Part shown: positions 47,493-57,730 of the stretch, piece by piece
How the letters are laid out: each line of letters begins with the position of its first letter
Numbering within the stretch: the first letter of the stretch is position 1
Assembly (NCBI GenBank): GCA_965371785.1
Contig: CBDUZS010000003.1
Span: 8,386-72,385 of the forward strand
DNA length: 64,000 nucleotides
Direction: 5' to 3'
Source: an uncultured bacterium
Lineage (GTDB): Bacteria > Fermentibacterota > Fermentibacteria > Fermentibacterales > JCC-6
Notes under the pieces: model-generated
The model's input: only the letters and a program-made list of their open reading frames with translations
Told to the model about the DNA's origin: nothing
The model's database searches: none
Translations under genes and position numbers: made by a program

Positions 47493-49754
47493 ATGTCCAT
47501 CACACGAGAAGAAGCACTGGAATACCATACGACTGGTAAACCCGGGAAAATCGAAGTCGTTTCCACGAAGAGGTGCATAACCCAGCGTGATCTCTCCATG
47601 GCGTACACCCCCGGAGTAGCCGAGCCGTGCAGAGAAATCGAGAAGAATCCCTCGGATATATACAAGTACACGGCAAAGGGAAATCTCGTAGCGGTCGTGT
47701 CGAACGGTACTGCTGTCCTCGGTCTGGGTGATATAGGCGCAGGCGCAGGCAAGCCCGTCATGGAGGGCAAGGGTGTACTGTTCAAACGGTTTGCGGATAT
47801 CGATGTCTTCGACCTCGAACTCGACACGAAGGACCCGGCTGAGATCATACGCACGGTAGAACTGCTCGAGCCCACTTTCGGCGGGATCAACCTCGAGGAT
47901 ATCGCCTCACCAGATTGCTTCATCATCGAGGATGAGCTGAAGAAGAGAATGAATATTCCAGTATTCCATGATGATCAGCATGGCACGGCGATCATATCCG
48001 GAGCCGCCTTGCTGAACGCCCTCGAAATAAACGGTAAGAACATCGAAGACATCAGGCTCGTCATCAGCGGAGCGGGAGCTTCGGCTATCGCGTGCACTAA
48101 GTACTACATCAGCCTCGGTGTCCTGCCCGAGAACGTCCTCATGTGCGACAGCAAGGGAGTGATATACAAGGGCCGCAAGAAGGGGATGAACGAATACAAG
48201 GAGCAGTTCGCGGTGGAAACCGAGCGAAGGACTCTTGCCGATGCGATGAAAGGTGCCGATGTGTTCCTGGGTCTCTCCGTTGCCGGGCTGGTATCCAAGG
48301 ACATGGTTCGCTCGATGGCATCGGACCCGATCGTTTTTGCGATGGCCAACCCGGACCCGGAGATAAGCTACAGCGATGCAAAGGCTGCCAGAGAAGACGT
48401 GATAATGGCTACCGGAAGATCCGACACTCCCAACCAGGTCAACAACGTTCTCGGTTTTCCCTTCATCTTCAGGGGCGCGCTCGATGTCCGGGCAACCGTC
48501 ATCAACGAGGAGATGAAGCATGCCGCAACGACGGCTCTCGCAGAGCTGGCAAAGGAGGATGTCCCCGATGCCGTATGCAAGGCATACGGTGTCGAAAGGC
48601 TCTCCTTCGGCCGCGAGTACCTCATTCCCAAGCCATTCGATCACAGGGTGCTGCTCCGGGAAGCGACCGCAGTTGCCAGAGCGGCCATGGAAACGGGAGT
48701 CGCCGGAATCCAGCTCGACCTGGACCAGTACGTTCGGGATCTCGAGGCAAGGCTGGGCAAGAGCCGCAGTGTCATGCGCGAGGTGATCTCGAAAGCGAAA
48801 ATGCATCCGAAGAAAATTGCCTTTCCCGAGGGAGAGGAGGACTGCATCCTCAGGGCATGCTCGATCATTCTGGAGGAAGGTATCGCTACCCCGATCCTGC
48901 TGGGCAGAGCTGAATTCATCAGGAAACGTATCGATGAACTCGGTCTGAACCTCGAGGGGGCAGAGATAATCAACCCGTCGGAATCACCACTCCTCGAGGA
49001 GTATTCTCTGGAGTACTACAGGCTCAGACAGAGAAAGGGAAGAACTCTCGAACACTGCCGCGAGCTGATGAGAACGGGGCGTGTTTACGCTCCCATGATG
49101 GTTCACATGGATGACGCCGACAGTGAGCTCGGCGGTGTCAGCCTGCACTACGCGGAGATGGTCCGCCCGGCGATCAGGGTCATCGGCATCGATGATGAAA
49201 TCGCTACCCTTACGGGAATGCACATGCTTGTTTTCTCGGACAGGGTATTTTTCTTTGCGGATACCACTGTGAACATCGATCCTTCTGCGGAAGAACTTGC
49301 TTCAATAGCAAGGATAACTGCTCAGTACGTCCGCGGACTGGGGTTCGAACCGAGAATAGCAATGCTCTCGTTTTCCGATTTCGGAAGTGCAAAGCATGAG
49401 AAGAGCCTTCGGGTAAAAAGGGCAACCGAGATAGTCAAACGGCTCGAGCCTGACCTGATGGTCGATGGAGAGATGCAGGCCGATACGGCTGTCCTGCCCG
49501 ATATTATCAGCACTACTTACCCCTTCTCGTCACTCAAGGGGGGTGCCAACGTGCTGATATTCCCCGATCTACAGTCGGCGAATATAGCATACAAGCTCTG
49601 CTCCAGACTTGGGAAGGCAGATGCAATCGGTCCGATTCTCATGGGTCTCCGGAAATCCGCTCACGTCCTCTCTCACGGTTGCGAAGTGGATGATGTAGTG
49701 AACATGGCCGCGATAGCCGTTGCGGAAATATCGGAGAAGTCCAAGATCGATTAA
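47493..49754 (+). CDS. maeB: NADP-dependent malic enzyme with C-terminal phosphotransacetylase-like domain
   Basis: 753 aa. Malic-enzyme N-terminal and NAD(P)-binding domains (AYTPGVA, GAGAAG-type) plus the PTA-like C-terminal half typical of MaeB. GGAGG RBS. Confidence 0.9.
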   Translation: MSITREEALEYHTTGKPGKIEVVSTKRCITQRDLSMAYTPGVAEPCREIEKNPSDIYKYTAKGNLVAVVSNGTAVLGLGDIGAGAGKPVMEGKGVLFKRFADIDVFDLELDTKDPAEIIRTVELLEPTFGGINLEDIASPDCFIIEDELKKRMNIPVFHDDQHGTAIISGAALLNALEINGKNIEDIRLVISGAGASAIACTKYYISLGVLPENVLMCDSKGVIYKGRKKGMNEYKEQFAVETERRTLADAMKGADVFLGLSVAGLVSKDMVRSMASDPIVFAMANPDPEISYSDAKAAREDVIMATGRSDTPNQVNNVLGFPFIFRGALDVRATVINEEMKHAATTALAELAKEDVPDAVCKAYGVERLSFGREYLIPKPFDHRVLLREATAVARAAMETGVAGIQLDLDQYVRDLEARLGKSRSVMREVISKAKMHPKKIAFPEGEEDCILRACSIILEEGIATPILLGRAEFIRKRIDELGLNLEGAEIINPSESPLLEEYSLEYYRLRQRKGRTLEHCRELMRTGRVYAPMMVHMDDADSELGGVSLHYAEMVRPAIRVIGIDDEIATLTGMHMLVFSDRVFFFADTTVNIDPSAEELASIARITAQYVRGLGFEPRIAMLSFSDFGSAKHEKSLRVKRATEIVKRLEPDLMVDGEMQADTAVLPDIISTTYPFSSLKGGANVLIFPDLQSANIAYKLCSRLGKADAIGPILMGLRKSAHVLSHGCEVDDVVNMAAIAVAEISEKSKID

Positions 49755-49795
49755 CTCTGAACCGATCTACAACCACTGAAAGGTTCTGATACCAC

Positions 49796-52117
49796 ATGGC
49801 TGAAATTCATGAGATCCTGCGCAGGACCCCGCTGTTCTGCAGCCTGTCGGCACATGAAGTCGAGAAGCTCGTAGAGAACAGCGACCTGAGGATCATCAGC
49901 GCGGGCGAAGAGATCATCAGGTTCGGACAGAAAGGCAGGTTTCTGGGCGTAATACTGTCCGGAGAAGTCGAAGTGACGGAAAAGGACGAAGATGGAGAAC
50001 ATCATCTCCTTGCCACCCTTGGGGATGGTGATTTCTTTGGAGAGATGTCACTGATGACGGGTGAGCCGGCCTGTGCATACGTTACGGCTTTGAAAGAGTC
50101 TCATGTCATCCTGATTCCCTATCATTTTTGCTCCATGGTGCTCAGTGATAAGCCTGAGATCATCACCGTGATAGTGAGGGCCATCAGCAGCAGGCTCAGA
50201 AATCGAAGGCAGGATGAGAAGGCTCGCCTTCGGGTCGAGGATGCCTGGCGCGCAGCTCCCGACAGGTACGGGCTCGATCTGACGTCTGCCACCCCCGCCA
50301 GGATTCTCGTTATCAACTGTGGCAGTTCCTCGCTCAAGTACAGCTACTTCGACACCATGGATGAATCGAATAACCGGGAAGGTCTCGTCGAGAGGATAGG
50401 CGGTGAGCAAGGACGCCTCGTCTACGGGGCAGGCGGTGAGCGCAGGAAACGGGATCTGGGCAGAATAGACCATGACATGGCTTTCGAAGCCGTCGTTTCG
50501 ATTCTTACCGACGATGAGGACGGTGTGATAGAGGATCTGAGTGATCTCACCGGTGTCGGGCACAGGGTCGTTCATGGTGGATCGAAGTACAGCAGTTCGG
50601 TCTTCATAGATGACGATGTAATCAGGGAGATCGATGAACTGTCCAGCCTCGCTCCGCTTCACAACCCCCCGAATCTCATCGCGATAAAGAAGAGCAGAGC
50701 TCTGATGCCGGAGGTTCCGCAGGTTGCGGTTTTCGACACCGCTTTTCACCAGAAGATGCCGAAGCAGGCTTTCCTCTACGGCCTTCCCCTCAGGTACTTC
50801 GAGGAGGAAGGGATTCGCAGGTATGGTTTTCACGGGATATCTCACAACTTCCTGGCCCTGAAAGCAGCCTCTGCTCTTAAAGTAGGGTTCAGGGATCTGA
50901 AGGTCATCACCTGCCATCTCGGTAACGGCGCCTCCATATGCGCAATAGATCACGGCAGGTCCGTGGACACCAGTATGGGGCTTACTCCGCTCGAGGGTCT
51001 TGTCATGGGAACCAGATGCGGCGATCTCGATCCGGGAGCGGTTCTTCATCTCGTTCGGAAGAATGGGATGTCTGCTGAAGAGATCGACAACATGCTGAAT
51101 CGGGAGAGCGGCGTGAAAGGTATTTCCGGTATCTCGAACGATTTCAGGGAACTGGAGGATGCGGCAAGCCAGGGTGATCATGATGCTCTTCTTGCCCTGC
51201 ACGTCTTCTGCTACAGGATCAGGAAATACATCGGTGCCTACATGGCCGCCATGGGCGGTCTCGATGTCCTTGTCTTTGCCGGCGGAATAGGGGAGCGCAG
51301 CCCATGGGTGAGGGGGCTGTCATGCCAGGGTCTTTCAGGGATGGGCATCGACATAGATGACCTCGTGAACCGGGGCATCTTCCTCTCACCGGGAGATGAC
51401 CTGGTCGATATCTCGACCCACGATTCCAGAGTAAAGGTGATGGTCATACCCACTGACGAGGGAAGAATGATCGCCAGGGAGACAATACGTACGCTCGGCT
51501 ACCATACTGCAGGAGAAGTGATCCGAAGCAAGAAGGTGATGATCCCTATCAGGGTCTCCGTTCATCACGTTCACCTCTCGAAAGAGGATGCTGCCCTGCT
51601 CTTCGGCAGGGAGCACGAGTTCGAGTACAGAAAACACCTTTCCCAGCCTGGGCTGTATTCCTGCGAGGAAAAAGTCGATCTGGAAGGCCCCAGGGGAACT
51701 GTTAGTGGCGTAAGTATTTATGCTCCATTCAGAAAGAGCACACAGGTCGAGGTCTCGGTGTCCGATGAATCTCTGCTGGGAATAAGGGCGCCGATCCGCC
51801 GCTCCGGTGATCTCGGGGGAACTCCGGGAGTCATGCTTCGGGGTCCGGAAGGTGTTCTCAAACTCTCCGGTGGTGTGATTCGTATTCTACGGCACATACA
51901 TGCCACGCCTGAAGATGCGTTCCACCAGGGGTTGAAGGATGGAGACCGTGTGATGGTCCGCACCGGTGGTGAGCGAGGTCTGATCTTCGATAACGTTCTC
52001 GTCCGGGTCGATCCCGATTACAAGCTGTGTATGCACATCGACATCGATGAGGCAAACGCGGCCAACGTCAGGTCCGATACGGAGGGTGAATTCGTTGGCA
52101 TTCAGGATCGGAAGTAA
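49796..52117 (+). CDS. three-domain fusion: cNMP-binding domain + acetate/propionate kinase + PduL-type phosphotransacylase
   Basis: Residues ~1-140 form a cyclic-nucleotide-binding fold (FGEMSLMTGEPACAYV). Residues ~165-580 are acetate kinase (VINCGSSSLKYS, HRVVHGG, VFDTAFHQ, GFHGISH, ITCHLGNGASICAI, GLTPLEGLVMGTRCGDLDPG). Residues ~585-773 carry PduL/EutD twin repeats (VSVHHVHLS, SGDLGGTPGV, RHIHATPEDA, GLIFDNVLVRVDPDYKLCMHIDIDEANAA). Confidence 0.85.
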   Translation: MAEIHEILRRTPLFCSLSAHEVEKLVENSDLRIISAGEEIIRFGQKGRFLGVILSGEVEVTEKDEDGEHHLLATLGDGDFFGEMSLMTGEPACAYVTALKESHVILIPYHFCSMVLSDKPEIITVIVRAISSRLRNRRQDEKARLRVEDAWRAAPDRYGLDLTSATPARILVINCGSSSLKYSYFDTMDESNNREGLVERIGGEQGRLVYGAGGERRKRDLGRIDHDMAFEAVVSILTDDEDGVIEDLSDLTGVGHRVVHGGSKYSSSVFIDDDVIREIDELSSLAPLHNPPNLIAIKKSRALMPEVPQVAVFDTAFHQKMPKQAFLYGLPLRYFEEEGIRRYGFHGISHNFLALKAASALKVGFRDLKVITCHLGNGASICAIDHGRSVDTSMGLTPLEGLVMGTRCGDLDPGAVLHLVRKNGMSAEEIDNMLNRESGVKGISGISNDFRELEDAASQGDHDALLALHVFCYRIRKYIGAYMAAMGGLDVLVFAGGIGERSPWVRGLSCQGLSGMGIDIDDLVNRGIFLSPGDDLVDISTHDSRVKVMVIPTDEGRMIARETIRTLGYHTAGEVIRSKKVMIPIRVSVHHVHLSKEDAALLFGREHEFEYRKHLSQPGLYSCEEKVDLEGPRGTVSGVSIYAPFRKSTQVEVSVSDESLLGIRAPIRRSGDLGGTPGVMLRGPEGVLKLSGGVIRILRHIHATPEDAFHQGLKDGDRVMVRTGGERGLIFDNVLVRVDPDYKLCMHIDIDEANAANVRSDTEGEFVGIQDRK

Positions 52118-52315
52118 ACCTGCGTATAAGGGGATGCCATGCAATTGGTTCATCTTCGGGAACACGCTGCCGTCCGGCGGGGTTCTGAAGACAGTCTGGA
52201 CGAGTAATCAGGAAATTGTATTCTTAATGCTTCGAATGGTCTGAACCGGTCCCGATTCATGGTTTGATCGATACGGAATCAGGACAGGTTTTTTAAGCTT
52301 CTGAAAGGATGACCC

Positions 52316-53782
52316 ATGAACGAAGGGCTGTTGAAGGATCTCGAGAATATCGTAGGGGTTGATAACGTCAGGGCCGATCCTGGCAATCTCTCCGCGTACG
52401 GCTCGGATTCTTCCGTACATTCCGCTCAGCCTTCCGTGGTCGTACGACCGGAGAAGGTCGAGCAGGTTCAGGAGATATTGCGATATGCGAACAGTAATCT
52501 GATTCCCGTGATTGCGCGGGGTGCGGGAACGGGAATGTCCGGACAGGCAATCCCCATAAACGGCGGGATCGTCATGGACATGAAACTGATGAACCACATC
52601 CTTGACATCCGTCCCGAAGACACGCTCTGCGTGGTCGAGCCGGGGGTCGTAGACGACGATCTCAACCGTGCTCTGAAACCGACAGGCTTTTTCTTCTCGC
52701 CCACACCTGCATCCAGTCGGCTCGCAACCATCGGCGGCGAGATTGCCAACAACGCCAGTGGGCTCCGTTCGGTGAAGTACGGTGCCACCCGTGATTCAGT
52801 GCTCGGAATGAAGGTTGTCCTTGCCAACGGTGATCTGGTGAATCTGGGCGCTAACACCAGAGTCGAGGCATCCGGATATCAGATCGACAGACTCATGGTC
52901 GGCTCGGAGGGTACGCTTGGCGTAATCGTCGAAGCGACCCTCAAGATTGTACCGATTCCGAAATTCAGATGCATGGCCGTTGCATGTTTCAACACGCTCG
53001 AAGATGCGGGTAGTACGATCTGCGATGTCATGAAGAGTGGAGCGGTTCCCTCCGTTCTCGAGCTCATGGACAACGTTGCCATAAAGGCAGTGAACACCGC
53101 TCTCGATATGGGGCTTCCGGATGTGGAAGCCATCCTCTTCTTCGAGGCGGACGGCAACGTGAAGGAAGCAATCGATTACGAACTCGCCAAGATCAGGGAA
53201 ATCTGCGAGAAGCATGACTCTTTCGGAATCGAGATGAGCTACGATGCCAAGGAGAGAACACGACTCTTCTCCGGTCGGAAGAAACTCTTTGCCGCCCTGT
53301 CCCGTTACCAGGAGGGTCTTTCCTGCATGTCTCTTGCAGACGACATGGCCGTTCCCTACTCCAAGATGGCAGAGTGCGCAAGTAAGATCCACGAGATTGC
53401 CGATCGTAACAACGTCGTCATGTCGGCTTATGGGCACTGCGGTTCAGGTTGTGTCCATACGAAGATACTCATGGATCCCACGAAGGAAACGCAGTGGGAT
53501 GATGCCCGTAAGGCGGTTTCCGAAGTCTACGAGTTCGTGCGCTCCGTCGGAGGAACGACTTCAGCCGAGCACGGGATCGGCCTCTCGAAGGCACCGGCCT
53601 TCAAGAAGGAGAAGGCTGACTCGCTCGGAATCATCAGAGCCATCAAGCATGCTCTCGACCCGAACAACATTCTCAACCCATCCAAGATGCAGGATGCGCC
53701 GGATGACTGGGTTACTGCCACCGATCTGAGGTACCCGGTGGACACTCACACTTCCGGCAGTCGGGAAGGATTGGAGAAGTGA
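52316..53782 (+). CDS. FAD-linked oxidase (GlcD / D-lactate dehydrogenase family)
   Basis: PCMH-type FAD-binding domain (VVRPEKVEQVQEILRYAN...IPVIARGAGTGMSG) plus a C-terminal FAD-oxidase domain. 488 aa. Confidence 0.85.
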   Translation: MNEGLLKDLENIVGVDNVRADPGNLSAYGSDSSVHSAQPSVVVRPEKVEQVQEILRYANSNLIPVIARGAGTGMSGQAIPINGGIVMDMKLMNHILDIRPEDTLCVVEPGVVDDDLNRALKPTGFFFSPTPASSRLATIGGEIANNASGLRSVKYGATRDSVLGMKVVLANGDLVNLGANTRVEASGYQIDRLMVGSEGTLGVIVEATLKIVPIPKFRCMAVACFNTLEDAGSTICDVMKSGAVPSVLELMDNVAIKAVNTALDMGLPDVEAILFFEADGNVKEAIDYELAKIREICEKHDSFGIEMSYDAKERTRLFSGRKKLFAALSRYQEGLSCMSLADDMAVPYSKMAECASKIHEIADRNNVVMSAYGHCGSGCVHTKILMDPTKETQWDDARKAVSEVYEFVRSVGGTTSAEHGIGLSKAPAFKKEKADSLGIIRAIKHALDPNNILNPSKMQDAPDDWVTATDLRYPVDTHTSGSREGLEK

Positions 53783-54339
53783 TGATACCGGAGTTCAAAA
53801 GGTTGAAGACCTGGAAAAAGGAACTTAACATCTGCATCCGCTGCGGTTACTGCTACGAACTCTGCCACCTCTTCAAGTCGAAATTCTGGGAAGTCGACAC
53901 ACCCAGGGCAAAACTCATTCTTCTCTACCGCCTGATGAACGGTGAGATTGAATGCACGGATGAGATTGCGGACAAGATCGCCGAGTGCTTCCATTGCAGG
54001 AACTGCGAACGCAGCTGCGCGGCCAAGATCCCGGTAACCGACATCATTCAGGATGCGAAAGCCGACCTTGCCGATGCAGGTTTCGAGTTCCGTGGTACGG
54101 CTGCTCTTGTCGATGACGACATCTGTGGCCACTGCGGGATGTGCTCATCCGTATGCAAGGTCGAGGCCATAACGATCGATGAGGATATGAAACGGATAGT
54201 AGACCCCGTCATATGCGTGAGCTGCGGTGTCTGTGTTGCGTCATGCCCATCCGGAGCCATTACCCAGAAGGAAGGCTTCGGCATACTGGAAAGCGATCTC
54301 AGAGAGAGTATGCTCTCCTCACTCGCTGGAGGTGCGTAA
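53779..54339 (+). CDS. iron-sulfur protein with four Cys motifs
   Basis: Four CxxCxxCxxxC motifs (CIRCGYCYELC, CFHCRNCERSC, CGHCGMCSSVC, CVSCGVCVASCP). Translationally coupled to the flanking genes. Confidence 0.8.
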   Translation: MMIPEFKRLKTWKKELNICIRCGYCYELCHLFKSKFWEVDTPRAKLILLYRLMNGEIECTDEIADKIAECFHCRNCERSCAAKIPVTDIIQDAKADLADAGFEFRGTAALVDDDICGHCGMCSSVCKVEAITIDEDMKRIVDPVICVSCGVCVASCPSGAITQKEGFGILESDLRESMLSSLAGGA

Positions 54340-54752
54340 TGAGCGGGAAACCGAAGGTTGTCGTTTTCTGCTGCAACTGGTCGGTCTATCCGGGGCTGCA
54401 GCTCTCGCGAATGCTGAACAAGGGGAGCGATGCCACTATCGAGCCCATCGTAACCATGTGCTCCGGCCGGGTGAGCCCCGAGCTCGTAATCGAGGCGTTC
54501 TCCAGCGGCGCATGGGGTGTCATGGTAACAGGCTGCCCTCCCGAAGAGTGTGATCACGATGGCAATTACAACGCACGGAGGAGAATGACATTGCTCAGGG
54601 CGACGCTTGCACAACTGGGGATATCCCCTGAGCGGATTGCTATGGACTGGTTCTCCCCTGGGGAATCGGCAAAGCTCAAGAGCGCCGTGAGCTCTTTTGC
54701 CGAACAGATCTCACAGCTGGGTCCGATGAAGTCGGTCCAGGAACTGGCATGA
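54339..54752 (+). CDS. mvhD: MvhD/FlpD-like hydrogenase iron-sulfur subunit
   Basis: Begins KPKVVVFCCNWSVY, followed by conserved Cys residues (PF02662-like). Start is the internal ATG at 54339 with a GGAGGTG RBS. The longer ORF starting at 54213 is rejected. Confidence 0.75.
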   Translation: MSGKPKVVVFCCNWSVYPGLQLSRMLNKGSDATIEPIVTMCSGRVSPELVIEAFSSGAWGVMVTGCPPEECDHDGNYNARRRMTLLRATLAQLGISPERIAMDWFSPGESAKLKSAVSSFAEQISQLGPMKSVQELA

Positions 54753-54758
54753 GGTGAA

Positions 54759-55736
54759 ATGATGAGTAAACCAAAAGTTGCCCTGTACTGGTGCGCTTCA
54801 TGCGGCGGTTGTGAAGAAGCGGTAATCGACCTGGCCGAAGATCTGCTGAAGGTAACAGAGGCCGTGGATATCGTCTTCTGGCCCGTCGCGCTGGATTTCA
54901 AGAAGAAGGACGTCGAAGCCCTGGAGGACGGCGAGATAGCCCTGACCTTCATCAACGGCGCCGTCCGTACCGAAGAACAGAAGGAAATGGTAGAGCTGCT
55001 TCGGCGCAAATCCGGTCTGGTCATAGCCTTCGGCTCATGTGCCCATATTGGCGGCATACCCGGCCTGGCCAATTTCTACGACCGCGAGAAAGCCTTTGAA
55101 CGGGCTTACATCACCACTCCTTCCACCGTAAATCCGGAGGGGGTCCTTCCCTCTACCGAAACGGATGTCGACGGATACAGGCTGACACTGCCCGAATTCT
55201 GGAACACCGTGCATACACTTGATCAGGTTATCGATGTTGACTACTACCTGCCTGGCTGTGCTCCGCCGCCCGACCTCATCATGGATGCGATCACGGCCGT
55301 TCTCACGGATAGCCTGCCGGAAAAGGGAGCGGTGCTCGCACCGGTTAAATCCCTTTGCGATACGTGCCCCAGATCCGATTCGAAACCTCTGAAAATTTCC
55401 ATCAGCAGCCTGAAAAGACCACACGAGGTGATGCCCGATCCGGAGAAGTGCTTCCTCGAGGAAGGGCTGATCTGCCTCGGAATGTCCACGAGGTCAGGGT
55501 GCGGGGAACGCTGTATCAACGCAAACATGCCCTGTCGAGGCTGCTTCGGTCCCCTGGACGGTGTGTTCGACGGTGGCGCGAAAGCGTTGTCGGCTATTGC
55601 TTCGATCCTCGAACTGGAAGACGAGGAGAACGCAACCGAAGAGGACCTGCTCAAACTGTTGAAGCCTATTGCCGACCCGGCGGGCCTGTTCTACATGTAC
55701 AGCCTGCCATCGTCTCTGCTGAGAAGGAGCCAGTAA
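54759..55736 (+). CDS. mvhG: [NiFe]-hydrogenase small subunit (group 3, MvhG-like)
   Basis: N-terminal CASCGGCEE proximal-cluster motif, GSCA motif, and C-terminal Cys clusters. GAGGTGA RBS. Confidence 0.85.
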   Translation: MMSKPKVALYWCASCGGCEEAVIDLAEDLLKVTEAVDIVFWPVALDFKKKDVEALEDGEIALTFINGAVRTEEQKEMVELLRRKSGLVIAFGSCAHIGGIPGLANFYDREKAFERAYITTPSTVNPEGVLPSTETDVDGYRLTLPEFWNTVHTLDQVIDVDYYLPGCAPPPDLIMDAITAVLTDSLPEKGAVLAPVKSLCDTCPRSDSKPLKISISSLKRPHEVMPDPEKCFLEEGLICLGMSTRSGCGERCINANMPCRGCFGPLDGVFDGGAKALSAIASILELEDEENATEEDLLKLLKPIADPAGLFYMYSLPSSLLRRSQ

Positions 55737-55737
55737 G

Positions 55738-57198
55738 ATGGCAAAGCAGATCACAATCGACCCGATTACCAGACTCGAGGGCCACGGCAAGATCGAGATA
55801 TTCCTCGATGACAACGGAAACGTCGACAAAGCCTTTCTCCAGGTTCCGGAGTTCAGAGGCTTCGAGAAGTTCTGTGAAGGCCGTATGGCCGAAGAGCTGC
55901 CCCGAATCACACCCAAGATATGTGGTGTCTGTCCGACCACTCATCACATGGCTTCCGGCAAGGCTCTCGATGACCTCTACAAAGTCGAAGTCCCACCCGC
56001 AGGAAAGAAGATAAGGGAACTGGTCAACTCGGCCTTCATGGCGGAGGATCACACCCTCCACTTCTTCTTCCTCGGCGGTCCGGATTTCATCGTGGGGCCC
56101 ACGGCGCCTGCGGGCAGCAGGAACATCCTCGGAGTCATCGAGAAAGTCGGCCTGGAGGCCGGCAAACAGGTGATTTCCATAAGAAAGCGGCTTCGCGAAG
56201 TAATCACGAAGCAGGGTGGAAGGGTGATACATCCGGTCTGCAACCTTCCCGGGGGGGTATCGAAAGGTGTTACTCCCGAGGACAGGGAGGAGTACATCGC
56301 GACCGGCAAGGCAGCAGTCGAGTTCTCACAGTTCGCCCTGAAAGCCTTTGCCGACATCGTCCTGGAAAACAAGTCGTACGTCGACCTGATAGTGGGGGAC
56401 GTCTACAAGCACAGCACGTACTACATGGGGCTCGTCGACTCGAACAACAAGGTGAATTTCTACGAGGGCGATGTTCGTGTAGTGGATCCCGACGGAGTCG
56501 AGTACGCGAAGTTCGGACCGAAGGATTACCTGAAGCACATCGCCGAGCACGTCGAGCCCTGGAGCTACATCAAGTTTCCCTACCTCAGGAACGTCGGATG
56601 GAAGGGGTTCGTCGATGGGAAAGACAGCGGTATCTACCGTGTCGCCCCCCTCGCGAGACTCAACGTATCCGACGGAATGGCCACACCGGAAGCCCAGGAG
56701 GCGTACGAAAAGATGTACTCCGTTCTCGGGGGAAAGCCTGCCCACAACACCCTCGCCTACCACTGGGCAAGACTCATCGAGCTGCTCTACGCGTCCGAAC
56801 GGCTTTTAGAGCTTGCTGAGGACGAGGAGATTCTCGACCCGAACGTAAGGGCCATCCCTACGGCTACGCCTTCGGAGGGAATCGGAATCGTCGAAGCACC
56901 CAGAGGTACACTGATCCACCATTACCTGACCGACAGCAACGGTGTTATCACGGGAGTCAACCTGATAGTAGCCACCGTGAACAACGCCGCCGCCATCAGC
57001 ATGTCGATATCGAAGGCTGCAAAGGGTTTGATAAAGAACGGAGAAGTATCCGAAGGGCTTCTCAACATGGTCGAGATGGCCTTCAGAGCTTACGACCCCT
57101 GTCTTGCCTGTGCCAGCCATTCCCTGCCGGGTGAAACCCCGCTGGAAGTGAGCGTTATCGATTCTTCGGGCAGCCTCTTGAAGAAGATCAGGTCCTGA
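55738..57198 (+). CDS. mvhA: [NiFe]-hydrogenase large subunit (group 3, MvhA-like)
   Basis: N-terminal RxCGVC motif (PKICGVCPTTHH) and C-terminal DPCLACASH Ni-binding motif. Confidence 0.9.
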   Translation: MAKQITIDPITRLEGHGKIEIFLDDNGNVDKAFLQVPEFRGFEKFCEGRMAEELPRITPKICGVCPTTHHMASGKALDDLYKVEVPPAGKKIRELVNSAFMAEDHTLHFFFLGGPDFIVGPTAPAGSRNILGVIEKVGLEAGKQVISIRKRLREVITKQGGRVIHPVCNLPGGVSKGVTPEDREEYIATGKAAVEFSQFALKAFADIVLENKSYVDLIVGDVYKHSTYYMGLVDSNNKVNFYEGDVRVVDPDGVEYAKFGPKDYLKHIAEHVEPWSYIKFPYLRNVGWKGFVDGKDSGIYRVAPLARLNVSDGMATPEAQEAYEKMYSVLGGKPAHNTLAYHWARLIELLYASERLLELAEDEEILDPNVRAIPTATPSEGIGIVEAPRGTLIHHYLTDSNGVITGVNLIVATVNNAAAISMSISKAAKGLIKNGEVSEGLLNMVEMAFRAYDPCLACASHSLPGETPLEVSVIDSSGSLLKKIRS

Positions 57199-57253
57199 CC
57201 GTTATGGGGGGCAGTCTTCCGGCTGCCCCCATCCCGTCCGCCGGGGAATTACA

Positions 57254-57730
57254 ATGAATAGAATCCTTGTACTGGGTCTCGGGAATCCCATTCTCTCCGA
57301 TGATGGTGTCGGCCTGTGGATTGCCCGCAGGCTGGGGGAGAGGCTGCCCGAAATCGAAGTGAGGGAGGAAGCCATTGCCGGCATTTCGATTCTCGACGTG
57401 GTGCAGGGCTTTTCCAGGCTCGTTATCATCGATTCGATCATGACTGAAGACGGTCTTCCCGGGCAGCTTCACAGGCTCACTCTCGAAGATCTTGGTCCCG
57501 CAGTGGCTGCGGTATCACACCATGGAACGGGGCTGGCTTCGACGTTCGAAGTGGGCAGGCTGATGGGGTACGAACTCCCGGAATCGGTTGAGATCTATGC
57601 CGTCGAGATAGAGAACAACACCGAATTCGGAGAGTGCTTCAGTCCCGAAGTCGAGAAACGGCTGCCAGGGATAGTGGAGACGATTCTAAGAGATTCCTTC
57701 GGTGGCCGGAGTTTCCGTTCCGATTCCTAA
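57254..57730 (+). CDS. hydrogenase maturation endopeptidase (HycI/HyaD family)
   Basis: 158 aa, begins ILVLGLGNPILSDDGVGL, then a conserved His/Asp block. Immediately after the large subunit. Confidence 0.8.
   Translation: MNRILVLGLGNPILSDDGVGLWIARRLGERLPEIEVREEAIAGISILDVVQGFSRLVIIDSIMTEDGLPGQLHRLTLEDLGPAVAAVSHHGTGLASTFEVGRLMGYELPESVEIYAVEIENNTEFGECFSPEVEKRLPGIVETILRDSFGGRSFRSDS

Noticed and set aside
50048-51202. 384-aa minus-strand ORF opposite the acetate kinase domain.
   Set aside because: Antisense to a domain with every AckA signature motif present on the plus strand.
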